Positions 42,077 to 51,349 of a stretch of 64,000 nt of DNA are shown here, piece by piece. The position numbers were made by a program, and so were the translations under genes. The DNA comes from an uncultured Fibrobacterota bacterium (GTDB lineage: Bacteria; Fibrobacterota; Chitinivibrionia; Chitinivibrionales; FEN-1185): positions 166,002-230,001 of the forward strand of contig CAVWBU010000047.1 in NCBI GenBank assembly GCA_963753345.1. Reading direction: 5' to 3'. The number at the start of each line of letters is the position of its first letter. The first letter of the stretch is position 1. Under the pieces are notes generated by a model. That model did no database searches. It worked only from the letters and a program-made list of their open reading frames with translations, and was not told the DNA's origin.

Positions 42077-43978
42077 CTAGGGTTTGGCGTTTTTTGGTTC
42101 AAGCATGGCAAGCGAGTCTGCGACGAAACGCGAATAGCGCGCGGAATCACCGTTGCCGCACGCCTCAAAGGCCTTTGCCAGCTGACGGTGGGTATCGGCA
42201 TGGCGAGGGGCAAGCTCGATTGATTTTCGGTACCATTGAATGGCCTCACCGGGAGAACTATCGAGCAGGCAGCAGTTCCCGAGCGCGAGAAAAGATTCCG
42301 CATCCTTCGGATTGGCGCGAACTGCTTCGAGAAGATAATGTCTGCAATCGGAATAGTGTTTCATTGCACCGTAGGTGACGCCCAGATTATGCAACGCCGC
42401 GGCAAACCAGGGCTCAACGGTGATCGCGCGGCGAAAACATCTGATGGCGGCCAGCGTATCGCCGAGCATGCCGTAGGCATTGCCGCAGTCGAGATTGGCG
42501 AGCGTGTTGTTTGAATCAAGGGCAAGCAGCGGTTTGAACGCGTCGATTGCCTCATGAGGCTTTCCTTGACGAAGCAGAATCAGGCCGACATTGAGCCGGG
42601 GGGTGGTCTGCGACGGGCACAGCGCAAGGGACTTGCGGAAACAGTCGATTGCTTCGGAGTTGCAGCCCTGGTCGAGAAGGAAATTTCCCTTGATGCTGTA
42701 AGCGAGGAAATTGTCCTTGGTGACGGCCAGGGCATGATTTGCCAGCGTAAAATCGTTCTTCCAATACGCGCATTGGACCCGGGTGGCCATGGTCAACACC
42801 GCAAGCACGCCTACGCATGTCGTAATGATTGAGATTTGCAAAAACCGGGAGTGCTTTGAAATGTCATACAAAAGCCACGTTATCATGATAAAAGGTCCAA
42901 TAAGGGGAACATAGGTGTATCTGTCGGCCATGGCCTGAGATCCGACCTGGACGATTCCTATTACGGGCACAAGGGTTCCAAGGAACCAGAGCCACCCGGT
43001 AAACAGATAGGGGTGTTTTGTTGTCTGCAGAACGACGACGATAGAAATCGCGGCGAGAATTACGCAGGCGAGAAGAACCGGCGCCAGGGAGATGTGGTGC
43101 GGAATGGGGTAGAAAAAACAAAGCCGAGCCGGCCAGAACATGTTTCCAAGGTAGGATGCGTACGAAACCGCAGCATTTGCAAGTCTGTTGGCAAACGGAA
43201 GATCCGTGGTCTTCACGATTGCATCGCCAAGATGCTGGGCGATCGCGGTCACTACGCATGATCCCGCAGCGACAACAAAGAAGGGAATCTTTTCCGCCAC
43301 AAGGATCGGCCAATATGTTTTCGGTTTCTCCGGTCCGGTTTGCGGCCCTACAACAGACCTATTTGAAAATCTTTTTAGCGGCCAGAAATCAAGGAGCAAC
43401 ATGACAAAAGGGAGTGTAACGAGCATGGGTTTCGCGAGCAGGCCCAGACAGAAGAACGCAAACGATCCGGCATAGTCCTTTGGTTTTTTCCGCGATACGT
43501 AGCGCGAGTACCAGAGCAGGGAAAGAAACAACAGCATGGTGCTCAAAACGTCCTTGCGCTCAGAGACCCATGCCACGGATTCAACATGAAGCGGATGGAG
43601 ACCGAACAATGCGGCCACAAACGCGCTTTTCCACACAGACCCGGTGAGCGACCTTAGAACAAAGAACAACAGCAGCGTGTTGATCAAATGAAAAACCAGG
43701 TTCGTCAGGTGATGGCCGGCCGGCCGGTCGCCGTACAGCATGCAGTCAAGGGCGTGCGACAGCCAGGTGAGAGGGTGCCAGTTCGCGGCCTCGAAGGTAG
43801 TAAAGGCCCATTTCAGGTTTTCCCCGCTGATGCCGGTCATCACGTGGTGATTCTTGGAAACGTACTGATGATCGTCGATGCTCACAAAATCGCACTTGTC
43901 AACATTCCAGTAAGCAAATGCCGTGCAGATCACGAGCGAAAAGAATATGAAGTAAAGGATATTTCGTTGATGCATCAT
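42077..43978 (-). CDS. TMTC-like GT-C membrane protein with C-terminal TPR repeats (paralog)
   Basis: FVSIDD, NWHPLTWLSH, LHPLHVESVAWVSERKD, MADRYTYVP, TPRs; start may be 44050. Confidence 0.88.
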   Translation of the reverse strand: MMHQRNILYFIFFSLVICTAFAYWNVDKCDFVSIDDHQYVSKNHHVMTGISGENLKWAFTTFEAANWHPLTWLSHALDCMLYGDRPAGHHLTNLVFHLINTLLLFFVLRSLTGSVWKSAFVAALFGLHPLHVESVAWVSERKDVLSTMLLFLSLLWYSRYVSRKKPKDYAGSFAFFCLGLLAKPMLVTLPFVMLLLDFWPLKRFSNRSVVGPQTGPEKPKTYWPILVAEKIPFFVVAAGSCVVTAIAQHLGDAIVKTTDLPFANRLANAAVSYASYLGNMFWPARLCFFYPIPHHISLAPVLLACVILAAISIVVVLQTTKHPYLFTGWLWFLGTLVPVIGIVQVGSQAMADRYTYVPLIGPFIMITWLLYDISKHSRFLQISIITTCVGVLAVLTMATRVQCAYWKNDFTLANHALAVTKDNFLAYSIKGNFLLDQGCNSEAIDCFRKSLALCPSQTTPRLNVGLILLRQGKPHEAIDAFKPLLALDSNNTLANLDCGNAYGMLGDTLAAIRCFRRAITVEPWFAAALHNLGVTYGAMKHYSDCRHYLLEAVRANPKDAESFLALGNCCLLDSSPGEAIQWYRKSIELAPRHADTHRQLAKAFEACGNGDSARYSRFVADSLAMLEPKNAKP

Positions 43979-44233
43979 AGCCGAGGTCTTACTACGGTCG
44001 TGCGCCAAAACGAGACCGTCCAGGGGAGGGACAATGTGGTATCCTTTCATTATACTATATTTTCAAGGCCGGATACCACGGCAACCGCGGGAAAAGGCAG
44101 GACATATTTCCCGCTGGAATCGTATCGGCGACGGCCACACGCCAAGCTCATTTTTTGCTTGAAAACGCAGATGTTGCTATTGTAGGATCAAATATCATAT
44201 TTTTGTTCAACAGTTGAACAAAAGGCGCCTATC

Positions 44234-44545
44234 GTGATTGAATACAAAGTAATCCGCGAAATAGAACTCAATCCAATGCACACGCAGCGGAGTCTTGCCG
44301 AAAAGCTTGACATCAGCCTCGGCAAAGCGAATTACGTTCTTGCCGGACTCATGGAAAAAGGCATTGTCAAAGCGAACAAGCTGAAAAACAATCCGGACAA
44401 GATACGGTGGCAGTATATCCTCACGCCGGCGGGCGTCAAGGAAAAAATAAAGATAACCCAGCGGTATCTGCGGCACCGCCTGCAGGAATACGGCGAAATC
44501 CGGAAAGAAATAGCGCAGCTGGAGCAAGAGGTTTCGGCAAAGTAA
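44234..44545 (+). CDS. EPS-associated MarR family transcriptional regulator
   Basis: TQRSLA..L.ISLGKANY.L..L.EKG.VK...YILTP.G..EK. Confidence 0.9.
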   Translation: MIEYKVIREIELNPMHTQRSLAEKLDISLGKANYVLAGLMEKGIVKANKLKNNPDKIRWQYILTPAGVKEKIKITQRYLRHRLQEYGEIRKEIAQLEQEVSAK

Positions 44546-44694
44546 AAGGCGGCAGGTCGGGCGGCTGCCTTGACTAGCGGGAAGAGTTTGAAGCGGGAGC
44601 CGCCGACGGGGGCAAGGAGCGTACGGTCCGCAATTTCGCGCCGCGTCATCCGCAGGCATTTTCCGGCTGTGCAACGATATAAGGGTGATGTCGA

Positions 44695-45204
44695 ATGAAA
44701 CTTGCGACATTTGAAAAGATCGTGAAAGCCCTTAACAGGAACAAGGCGCGATATCTTGTTGTAGGCGGCATGGCGGTGGTTGCGCACGGATACGGAAGGC
44801 TGACCTATGATCTTGATCTTGTCTTGCAGTTGACCAGTGAAAATATCCTGAGAGGATTCTCCGCACTAGAGCGCCTTGGCTACAAGCCCAAGGTTCCCGT
44901 AACGGGGCAACAATTCGCGAATCGCAAACTTCGCGAAAGCTGGATCAGGGACAAAGGCATGATGGTCCTCAATCTCTTCAGCGACGAGCATCCTGATACT
45001 CCCGTTGATATTTTTGTGAGGGAACCGTTTGATTTCGATGCACAATATTCCGCCGCCGTTGAAGAGGAGTTATCCAAGGGCGTCCGGTTTCGATACGTGA
45101 ACATTGCCACACTTATCGCTATGAAAAAGAAGGCCGGACGCGACAAAGACCGGGACGACGTCACGCATCTCAAGATCATTCAGAAAGAAGCGCGCGATGC
45201 ATAG
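44695..45204 (+). CDS. Nucleotidyltransferase-fold protein (module 1)
   Basis: YLVVGGMAVVAHGYGRLTYDLDL; C-terminal LIAMK..AGR.KD..D. Confidence 0.82.
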   Translation: MKLATFEKIVKALNRNKARYLVVGGMAVVAHGYGRLTYDLDLVLQLTSENILRGFSALERLGYKPKVPVTGQQFANRKLRESWIRDKGMMVLNLFSDEHPDTPVDIFVREPFDFDAQYSAAVEEELSKGVRFRYVNIATLIAMKKKAGRDKDRDDVTHLKIIQKEARDA

Positions 45205-45370
45205 GCGCTCAATCCGGAAACACCTTCCTGATTGGAACAGCGGAATAAGGCTGCAGTTGCTGCATTTCAGATCGCTTTCGATAAGGGAAAAAATTAAGAT
45301 TGTGGAGGATATGGAAGGACTGGCCAGCTTCCTGCGCGCAAGAAAGAAAAGGCGCCTGTTGGCAACCTGA
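45197..45370 (+). CDS. 57-aa small partner protein (not in ORF track)
   Basis: MHRRSIRKHLPDWNSGIRLQLLHFRSLSIREKIKIVEDMEGLASFLRARKKRRLLAT*; overlaps the NTase stop. Confidence 0.65.
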   Translation: MHRRSIRKHLPDWNSGIRLQLLHFRSLSIREKIKIVEDMEGLASFLRARKKRRLLAT

Positions 45371-45532
45371 TCTTGTCGAAAAAGATCCATTACTGCGCGT
45401 TGTTTCACCCATGTGGGGAACGCCCTGGGGAAAAGGGATATTCTCGGTGATTTTCACCTTGCACCTTATCTATTTTTCCTTCATGACAACCACTACCATT
45501 CACCCCCCAAACCGATTTCCAGGAAGTTAACC

Positions 45533-46544
45533 ATGGAACAGCCTCCCGTAATCAGGCAAACAATGCCCGGGAACCAACCGTTATCTCATTCGCCCGCCGT
45601 ACTGCCTCACGACCCGGACGAGATAAACCTCCTGGAATACCTCTACGCGCTTGTCAAACACAAGCGGCTGATTATCGGGGCAACCGTACTGGGACTCGTG
45701 CTGGGCTTCGTGGCGGCGCTTGTCAAGGGCCCGACCTGGGTGGGAGAGGCGGTGATCGCGCCAAAGGAGCGGGAATCCCAGCAATCCACGTCGCTGGCCC
45801 AGCTTGGCGCGCTCGGCGGCATCGTGGCAAGCCAGCTTAACCTCGATCAGGGCAGTGCGAGCCTTAACACCATGGACATGATACTGGACAGCCGGGATTT
45901 CGGGGCGAAGCTGATCGAGAAGTATTCCCTATTGCCTGCCATTTACAAATATCAATGGCCGGGGAAATTCAAAAAGTACTGGGACCAGTCGAGAAACACA
46001 TGGAAATCGAATTTTGCTCAGCCGCAACCGCTGGCTATGGGGGGCTATGATACAAGCGAAATATCTTAAGAAGACGAAAGACACCAAAAAGAACGTAATC
46101 GTATTGTCCATTCAATCCAAAGATTCCACATTTACGAGCACTCTTGCGGCTAGGTATATAGAATATCTGAATGAGTATATTCGAACAAAAGTCCAGAACG
46201 AAGCAAAAGAAAACGTGGCGTACCTTGACAGTGAGCTTGTCAATATCCCCGACCCGTTGCTCCGATCAAAAATCGTCGGACTTCTCGCGAGCGAAATCGA
46301 GAAGGAAATGGTGGTAAGCAGGGAGGCGTTCAAGGTATCGGACCCATTGTATCTGCACAAGATCTTCAAGGAAAAGAAACTTTTTCCGCTTGTTTTCGGG
46401 TTTGGACTGTTCTTCCTGAGCTGCCTCATTGTAGTGTTCATCCACGCCTTCAGCTCTTCCGACAAGACCGAGGAAGACAAAGACCTTATCGAAAAGATAA
46501 GAAGAGAGTTTACGCTGTTGCCGCGAGCGGGGAAAAGAACGTGA
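45533..46544 (+). CDS. Wzz-like chain-length determinant, frameshift at ~46045
   Basis: DEINLLEY...KHKRLI TM1, periplasmic region, C-terminal TM2 (PLVFGFGLFFLSCLIVVF). Confidence 0.82.
46368..46523 (+). repeat. Direct repeat copy 1 (wzz 3' end)
   Basis: 156 bp, ~9 mismatches against 51194-51349. Confidence 0.93.
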
Positions 46545-46579
46545 ACATCCGCCGCGAATAGGTCAAAGGAAAGCAAAGC

Positions 46580-46987
46580 ATGGAAACGGATAGTAAAACA
46601 GCGGCGCTTGCGCCGATAATTGCCCTTCTACGCGAAAAAGCCGAATTCGTATTATTGTTCGGATCAATAAAAAGCGGGCGAATAATGCCGGAAAGCGATA
46701 TTGATATAGGCGTTTACCTGAAAAAAGGGAAACTGGATTTTGAGGAATACCTTAGACTAAAAGGCGCCCTGTCCGATGCATCGGAGAGAGAGGTAGACCT
46801 TGTTATCCTCAACACCTGCGACATCATCATCGCGATGCAGATTATCGCAAACGGAGAACTGATTATCAACAATAACCCCGGAATGTTCATTCGTTACAAA
46901 GCGGAAAAAATCAGCGAATACATCGATTTTAAGATGTCCCGCAAGATCATTGAAGAAAATCTCCTGAGAGGCGGAATATATGCTTGA
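46580..46987 (+). CDS. MntA-type minimal nucleotidyltransferase antitoxin
   Basis: LFGS-X10-DID (GSIKSGRIMPESDIDIG), VDLVIL. Confidence 0.9.
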   Translation: METDSKTAALAPIIALLREKAEFVLLFGSIKSGRIMPESDIDIGVYLKKGKLDFEEYLRLKGALSDASEREVDLVILNTCDIIIAMQIIANGELIINNNPGMFIRYKAEKISEYIDFKMSRKIIEENLLRGGIYA

Positions 46988-47402
46988 GAAGGACGCGATA
47001 TTGTCGAAAATATCCATTATCAAGCATTGTCTTGAAACCATCAACAGGGTAACGGGCCTTGACCCGGACCGGCTCGACGATATCATGGCACAGGACGTGT
47101 TTGTGTTGAACGTGCAACGAAGCGTACAGGCGTGCATTGACATCGCAAATATTCTCATCGCGGAAAACGGATGGAAACTTCCATCAAGCTACAAAGAGTC
47201 GTTTTCAATCATTTCCGGCAAGAATGTAATTTCCGAGGAACTCGGGAAGACCATGATGAAAATGTGCGGGTTCAGAAATATCGCCGTGCATGATTATCAG
47301 CAGATAACCTCCGAAATCATGAAGTCCATGCTCACGCACCACCTCAAGGATTTCGCGGAATTCTACTCGATTGTTTTCGAATATATCAACAGGATGCCGT
47401 GA
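46980..47402 (+). CDS. HepT/DUF86 HEPN ribonuclease toxin
   Basis: Q..ID.A, GFRNIAVHDY (RX4H followed by Tyr). Confidence 0.92.
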   Translation: MLEKDAILSKISIIKHCLETINRVTGLDPDRLDDIMAQDVFVLNVQRSVQACIDIANILIAENGWKLPSSYKESFSIISGKNVISEELGKTMMKMCGFRNIAVHDYQQITSEIMKSMLTHHLKDFAEFYSIVFEYINRMP

Positions 47403-47463
47403 CGCAAAGCGCGCACTTTCGTGAGCACCCGTCGTTTTTGCAAATTTTCAAAAACAAACGATT

Positions 47464-48273
47464 ATGATAAAGAACCCTTACCAGCAACTCCAGCATGAGT
47501 TTGTATCCGCTGGCGCGAAAGTCTTGCTGAGCTCCGGCCAGGCTTGTGTGGCATATGGCATTGCGGCCTTTTCAAAAGACGGCGACTGGGTAATTGAAGA
47601 ATCGGATATTTCGTGCCGCGCGGTATTGTCGGTTCTTGAACGTAAAGGTGCGGATTACAGGCTAGGGGTGCCACTTGACATTCGTTGGCTTGCAAAGGGT
47701 TGGACGAGCCACTTTGAGTACATGGACGGCGACCTCAGGGTGAGGACGGATTTCTGCTCCCGGCCGCCAAGGATCAGCGACATCAAACGATTATGGGCGG
47801 ATGCGGTCCAAAAATACGGTATCAGCGTTGTTGATGCACAGAGTCTTATTCGGTTAAAATCGTCGCGGCGATCCCGCGACTATATTGCAATCGGCGCTCT
47901 CGCGGAAGAACTCGGACTTAACGCTAATCTTCCCGAGTTGGCTTTGGAATACCTTCAAGATTATACCCCGTTGGCAAAAGCGGTCAAGCGATGGCCTGAA
48001 GCCGCTGTACGGTGCGATCGAGAGGCCGTTCGTCTTCTTCTGCAACAGGCTTCCCGCGATAGCGTCGTCAACTCCCTGGCACGAGAGCGAGATAGAATGA
48101 TGGAAGCCGACGAAAAACGGATCCAACGAATGCTTCGCGCATCCGCGGGCTATCAGGATGCTTTCTCCGCTCTTAAGAAATCGTGGAAGCAACAAGGGTC
48201 AAAGCTTATGCAACAGCATGCGGATCTTTGCTCCGCGGCCGCACCCTTGCTGGGAGAGAACCTCAATGGTTGA
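47464..48273 (+). CDS. Divergent nucleotidyltransferase-fold protein (module 3)
   Basis: LLSSGQACVAYGIAAFSKDGDWVI matches the GG.A...G...T.D.D pattern; LIRLK...R.RDY. Confidence 0.65.
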   Translation: MIKNPYQQLQHEFVSAGAKVLLSSGQACVAYGIAAFSKDGDWVIEESDISCRAVLSVLERKGADYRLGVPLDIRWLAKGWTSHFEYMDGDLRVRTDFCSRPPRISDIKRLWADAVQKYGISVVDAQSLIRLKSSRRSRDYIAIGALAEELGLNANLPELALEYLQDYTPLAKAVKRWPEAAVRCDREAVRLLLQQASRDSVVNSLARERDRMMEADEKRIQRMLRASAGYQDAFSALKKSWKQQGSKLMQQHADLCSAAAPLLGENLNG

Positions 48274-48472
48274 TTCCGCACGCATCCGGGCTGCGTCTTT
48301 GCGCCTCCTTGAGCCGTACACCATTCCACCCGACACGGTGTACCTTTCCGACGACCAGCGGGAGCTCAGCGAATTGCCGTTTGAAAAGCGGGCGGAATGG
48401 ATGGCGGAGTGGCTGTTGCTCGCGGCAAGAACGAATGAGAGCGAGGGGCGGGTGACAGAATGCCTCCCATGA
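48266..48472 (+). CDS. Small hypothetical partner protein
   Basis: MVDSARIRAASLRLLEPY...ELPFEKRAEWMAEWL; overlaps the upstream stop; GGAGAG RBS. Confidence 0.55.
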   Translation: MVDSARIRAASLRLLEPYTIPPDTVYLSDDQRELSELPFEKRAEWMAEWLLLAARTNESEGRVTECLP

Positions 48473-48720
48473 CCGACGACACGTCCCAAAAGGCCCAGCG
48501 GATCCTCATTAATGGATACCGCAGCATGCCGGCACGGCGCAAAATGCGCCAGGTTGTCACAATGACCCAGGCAGTACAGCGGATGGCGCTTGCGCGTCTC
48601 AGGAAGCAATATGGAAAGATGAACGAGCGGGAAGAGCGATTACGTCTGGCCGCTTTATGGCTCCCGCGGAAGACCATGGTCCGGCTCTTCGGCTGGGACC
48701 CGGTAAAGCAGGGGTATTGA
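48460..48720 (+). CDS. Small helical partner protein (module 4)
   Basis: DTSQKAQRILINGYRSMP..RK...; translationally coupled to the next NTase. Confidence 0.7.
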   Translation: MPPMTDDTSQKAQRILINGYRSMPARRKMRQVVTMTQAVQRMALARLRKQYGKMNEREERLRLAALWLPRKTMVRLFGWDPVKQGY

Positions 48721-48721
48721 G

Positions 48722-49315
48722 ATGCCGCTCGCTGACCCGCTTCTTATCGTGAGAAAAGTTACTGCGGTTTTTCAGGAGCTCAAGATTCCCTATCTGGTGG
48801 GCGGCTCTCTTGCAAGTTCTCTGCACGGAATTCCTCGGGCGACCCAAGACGCGGACATCGTGGCCGATCTTGGGCTCGCGGACATGGAGAAAATCGTAAC
48901 GTTGCTCGCCCATGATTTCTACATCGACAAAGAAAGCGCGGAGCGGGCGGTTCGCGAGAGGTCTTCCTTCAATATTATCGACAAAGAAGAAATTTTCAAG
49001 GTAGATATTTTCGTCAAAGGGAATGACGAGCTTTCGGACTTGGAAATGGAGCGAAGAATATCCTTCGAGGTGGGTGACGCCGGCGAGCAGCCGATCTTCG
49101 TATGCTCCCCGGAAGACATAATTGCCCACAAACTCTTCTGGTACAAGTCGGGAGAGGGCGTATCCGAACGGCAGTGGAACGACGCGATCAACGTCATAAA
49201 AGTTCAGCGGAGCAGCCTCGATTACGAGTATCTGCGGCGGGCCTCCAAGGCGCGAGGGGTCCTGGATCTGCTCGAAAAAGCATTGCGGGAAAACAAAGCG
49301 GAAGAGCTTTTGTGA
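48722..49315 (+). CDS. Nucleotidyltransferase-fold protein (module 4)
   Basis: YLVGGSLASSLHGIPRATQDADIV, KVDIF, SPEDII.HKL.W, SERQW.D. Confidence 0.82.
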   Translation: MPLADPLLIVRKVTAVFQELKIPYLVGGSLASSLHGIPRATQDADIVADLGLADMEKIVTLLAHDFYIDKESAERAVRERSSFNIIDKEEIFKVDIFVKGNDELSDLEMERRISFEVGDAGEQPIFVCSPEDIIAHKLFWYKSGEGVSERQWNDAINVIKVQRSSLDYEYLRRASKARGVLDLLEKALRENKAEELL

Positions 49316-49328
49316 AAAAGGATGCCCG

Positions 49329-49697
49329 ATGATTGACCTGAAGAAGGCCAGGGGAAATATCGACAGAAGATACGAAGCCGCCAGACAGCGCGCCGTGGAG
49401 GATTTCACGGTTGCCGCCCGCGACTGTTCCGCAATCGTGAAAATGATCGAATCCAAATACCTGCCGAAAAGAATATACCAGTGGGGCTCGCTGCTTCACC
49501 CCGAGCGATTCGATGAAAACTCGGACATCGATCTTGCCGTTGAAGGAATAACCGATGCGGAGACGTTTTTTGCCCTGCTGGGCGATGCCATGAAACTTAC
49601 GCAGTTTCCTCTTGATATCGTTCAAATTGAGAAGATTGAAAAAGAGTTTGCGGAAGCAATTCGTCAGTCGGGAAAGGTCGTTTATGAACGCACGTGA
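49329..49697 (+). CDS. Minimal nucleotidyltransferase (MNT, module 5)
   Basis: IYQWGSLL...F.ENSDIDLAVEG, LDIVQIE. Confidence 0.88.
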   Translation: MIDLKKARGNIDRRYEAARQRAVEDFTVAARDCSAIVKMIESKYLPKRIYQWGSLLHPERFDENSDIDLAVEGITDAETFFALLGDAMKLTQFPLDIVQIEKIEKEFAEAIRQSGKVVYERT

Positions 49698-50178
49698 GAA
49701 CATCAATTCATTGCGCGGAGAAATCCAACGCGGCCTGGCGGTGCTGGAGAGAATCGAGAAGTACTTCGTCGAATTTCAGGAGAACCGGCTCTCCGCGGCA
49801 TCGGGAACGGACGAAGCCATGGTGGTTGCACAAGCGCTGTCCAACTACTATACCTGTCTTGAAACCCTCTTCCTGAGGATTTCCCAGTTTTTTGAAAACA
49901 ACCTTGATCCCAAGCGCTGGCACCAGTCACTGCTGGAAAAAATGCTGTTGGAAATACCCGACTGCCGTCCACGCGTTATATCCGACGAAACCTTTCGCAC
50001 GATGAACGAGTTTTTGAAATTCCGGCATTTTACGCGCTACTATTTTGAAATGGACTATGACTGGGATAAGTTGCGCTATCTGATAAAGAAGTTTAACGAC
50101 GTTCGTGTGACGATAAGGAACCAAATGCTTACGTTTGACGCATTCCTGGCCGCACTGGCGCAAACAGGTGAAAAATGA
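49684..50178 (+). CDS. HepT-like HEPN protein (module 5)
   Basis: NYYT.LE..F.RI, WHQSLL..M, RP.VIS, FRHFTRYYF. Confidence 0.82.
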   Translation: MNARENINSLRGEIQRGLAVLERIEKYFVEFQENRLSAASGTDEAMVVAQALSNYYTCLETLFLRISQFFENNLDPKRWHQSLLEKMLLEIPDCRPRVISDETFRTMNEFLKFRHFTRYYFEMDYDWDKLRYLIKKFNDVRVTIRNQMLTFDAFLAALAQTGEK

Positions 50179-50411
50179 TTTTTTGCAAACGTCAATGATT
50201 TCAATGGCTGATATGGCTGTTTCTTGTGTCGAGAACGGATGAGAGCGAAGGGCGGGGGAAAACGATAGGTTGGCCTGGGGTATGTGAAAGACGGTGGGAA
50301 ATGCGGGGAACGGAGAGAAGCTCGCGTAGTTGCTAAAAGGGTATAAACCGGCGGATTGCGAACACCGGTTTGTGAACGATGCGGACATACGGAACGGAAC
50401 GAGGGGGCGCC

Positions 50412-50732
50412 ATGGAAATTAAAAGTTTGAATGACATCCGGACGCTTGCACAACCGGTGTTTGCCCAATCACCGGCTCAAAAAGCGGTCGTGTTCGGGTC
50501 TTGGTCGCGCGGGGCCCAGTCACGGAAATCGGATATTGACATCATGATAATTTCCAAGAGCACGCAAAAACGCTTCTTTGACAGATACGAAGATTTCAAC
50601 GGATTATATGACGCCTTCGGCAAGATCGGCTTGGATTTGCTGATTTATACGGATGAGGAATTATCCGCAATGAAAGACCGCTCATTCATACAAACCGTAT
50701 TGCGGGAAGGGGTTGTTATCTATGAGCGTTGA
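50412..50732 (+). CDS. Minimal nucleotidyltransferase (MNT, module 6)
   Basis: VFGSWSRG....SDIDIMII, DLLIYT.EE, EGVVIYE. Confidence 0.9.
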   Translation: MEIKSLNDIRTLAQPVFAQSPAQKAVVFGSWSRGAQSRKSDIDIMIISKSTQKRFFDRYEDFNGLYDAFGKIGLDLLIYTDEELSAMKDRSFIQTVLREGVVIYER

Positions 50733-51141
50733 AAAGAAAGATGCCCAGGCCTTGCGTTGGTTTTCCACGGCCCAGGACGATATGGGTGCAGCGGAAATAC
50801 TGCATAAAAACAAGAAGTTCGCCCAAAGTTGTTTTCACTCTCAGCAAGCGGGAGAAAAGGCCCTAAAGGCATTGTACTTCCTAAACGATGTTGAACCCTG
50901 GGGACATTCTTTATTAAAACTGTCGAAAGAGTTTGTCGGCCCAGCGGATATTATGGAAGAATTAAAAACATATGAAAAAACATTTCGTGAATTAGACCGA
51001 TATTACATTTCAACCAGATATCCGGATGGTTTGCCCGGAACCATTCCATCCGAAGCATATGATTCCGGCGATTCTGAGTCAGCGATCGAATCGGCGAAGA
51101 AAATAATAATATTGGTTCAGAACAAACTGGCGAAAAAATAA
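50722..51141 (+). CDS. HEPN domain protein (module 6)
   Basis: W...A..D...A, CFHSQQAGEKALKA, GHSL, LDRYYISTRYP. Confidence 0.9.
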   Translation: MSVEKKDAQALRWFSTAQDDMGAAEILHKNKKFAQSCFHSQQAGEKALKALYFLNDVEPWGHSLLKLSKEFVGPADIMEELKTYEKTFRELDRYYISTRYPDGLPGTIPSEAYDSGDSESAIESAKKIIILVQNKLAKK

Positions 51142-51193
51142 CTGCTGAAGTTGATTTCGAGGCGGTGGGTACGGTGCGGCTGTATATGAACTT

Positions 51194-51349
51194 AAGGAAA
51201 AGAAACTCTTTCCGCTTGTTTTCGGGTTCGGACTGTTCTTCCTGAGCTGCCTCATTGTAGTGTTCATCCGCGCCTTCAGCTCTTCCGACAAGACCGAGGA
51301 AGACAAGGACCTTGTCGAAAAGATAAGAAAAGAGTTGAGGCTGATGCCG
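51194..51349 (+). repeat. Direct repeat copy 2: orphan wzz 3' fragment
   Basis: Encodes KEKKLFPLVFGFGLFFLSCLIVVFIRAFSSSDKTEEDKDLVEKIRKE with no 5' part of the gene. Confidence 0.93.

Noticed and set aside
51155-51180. ops/JUMPstart-like GGCGGTGGG upstream of cluster 2
   Set aside because: Does not match GGCGGTAG and lacks the JUMPstart context
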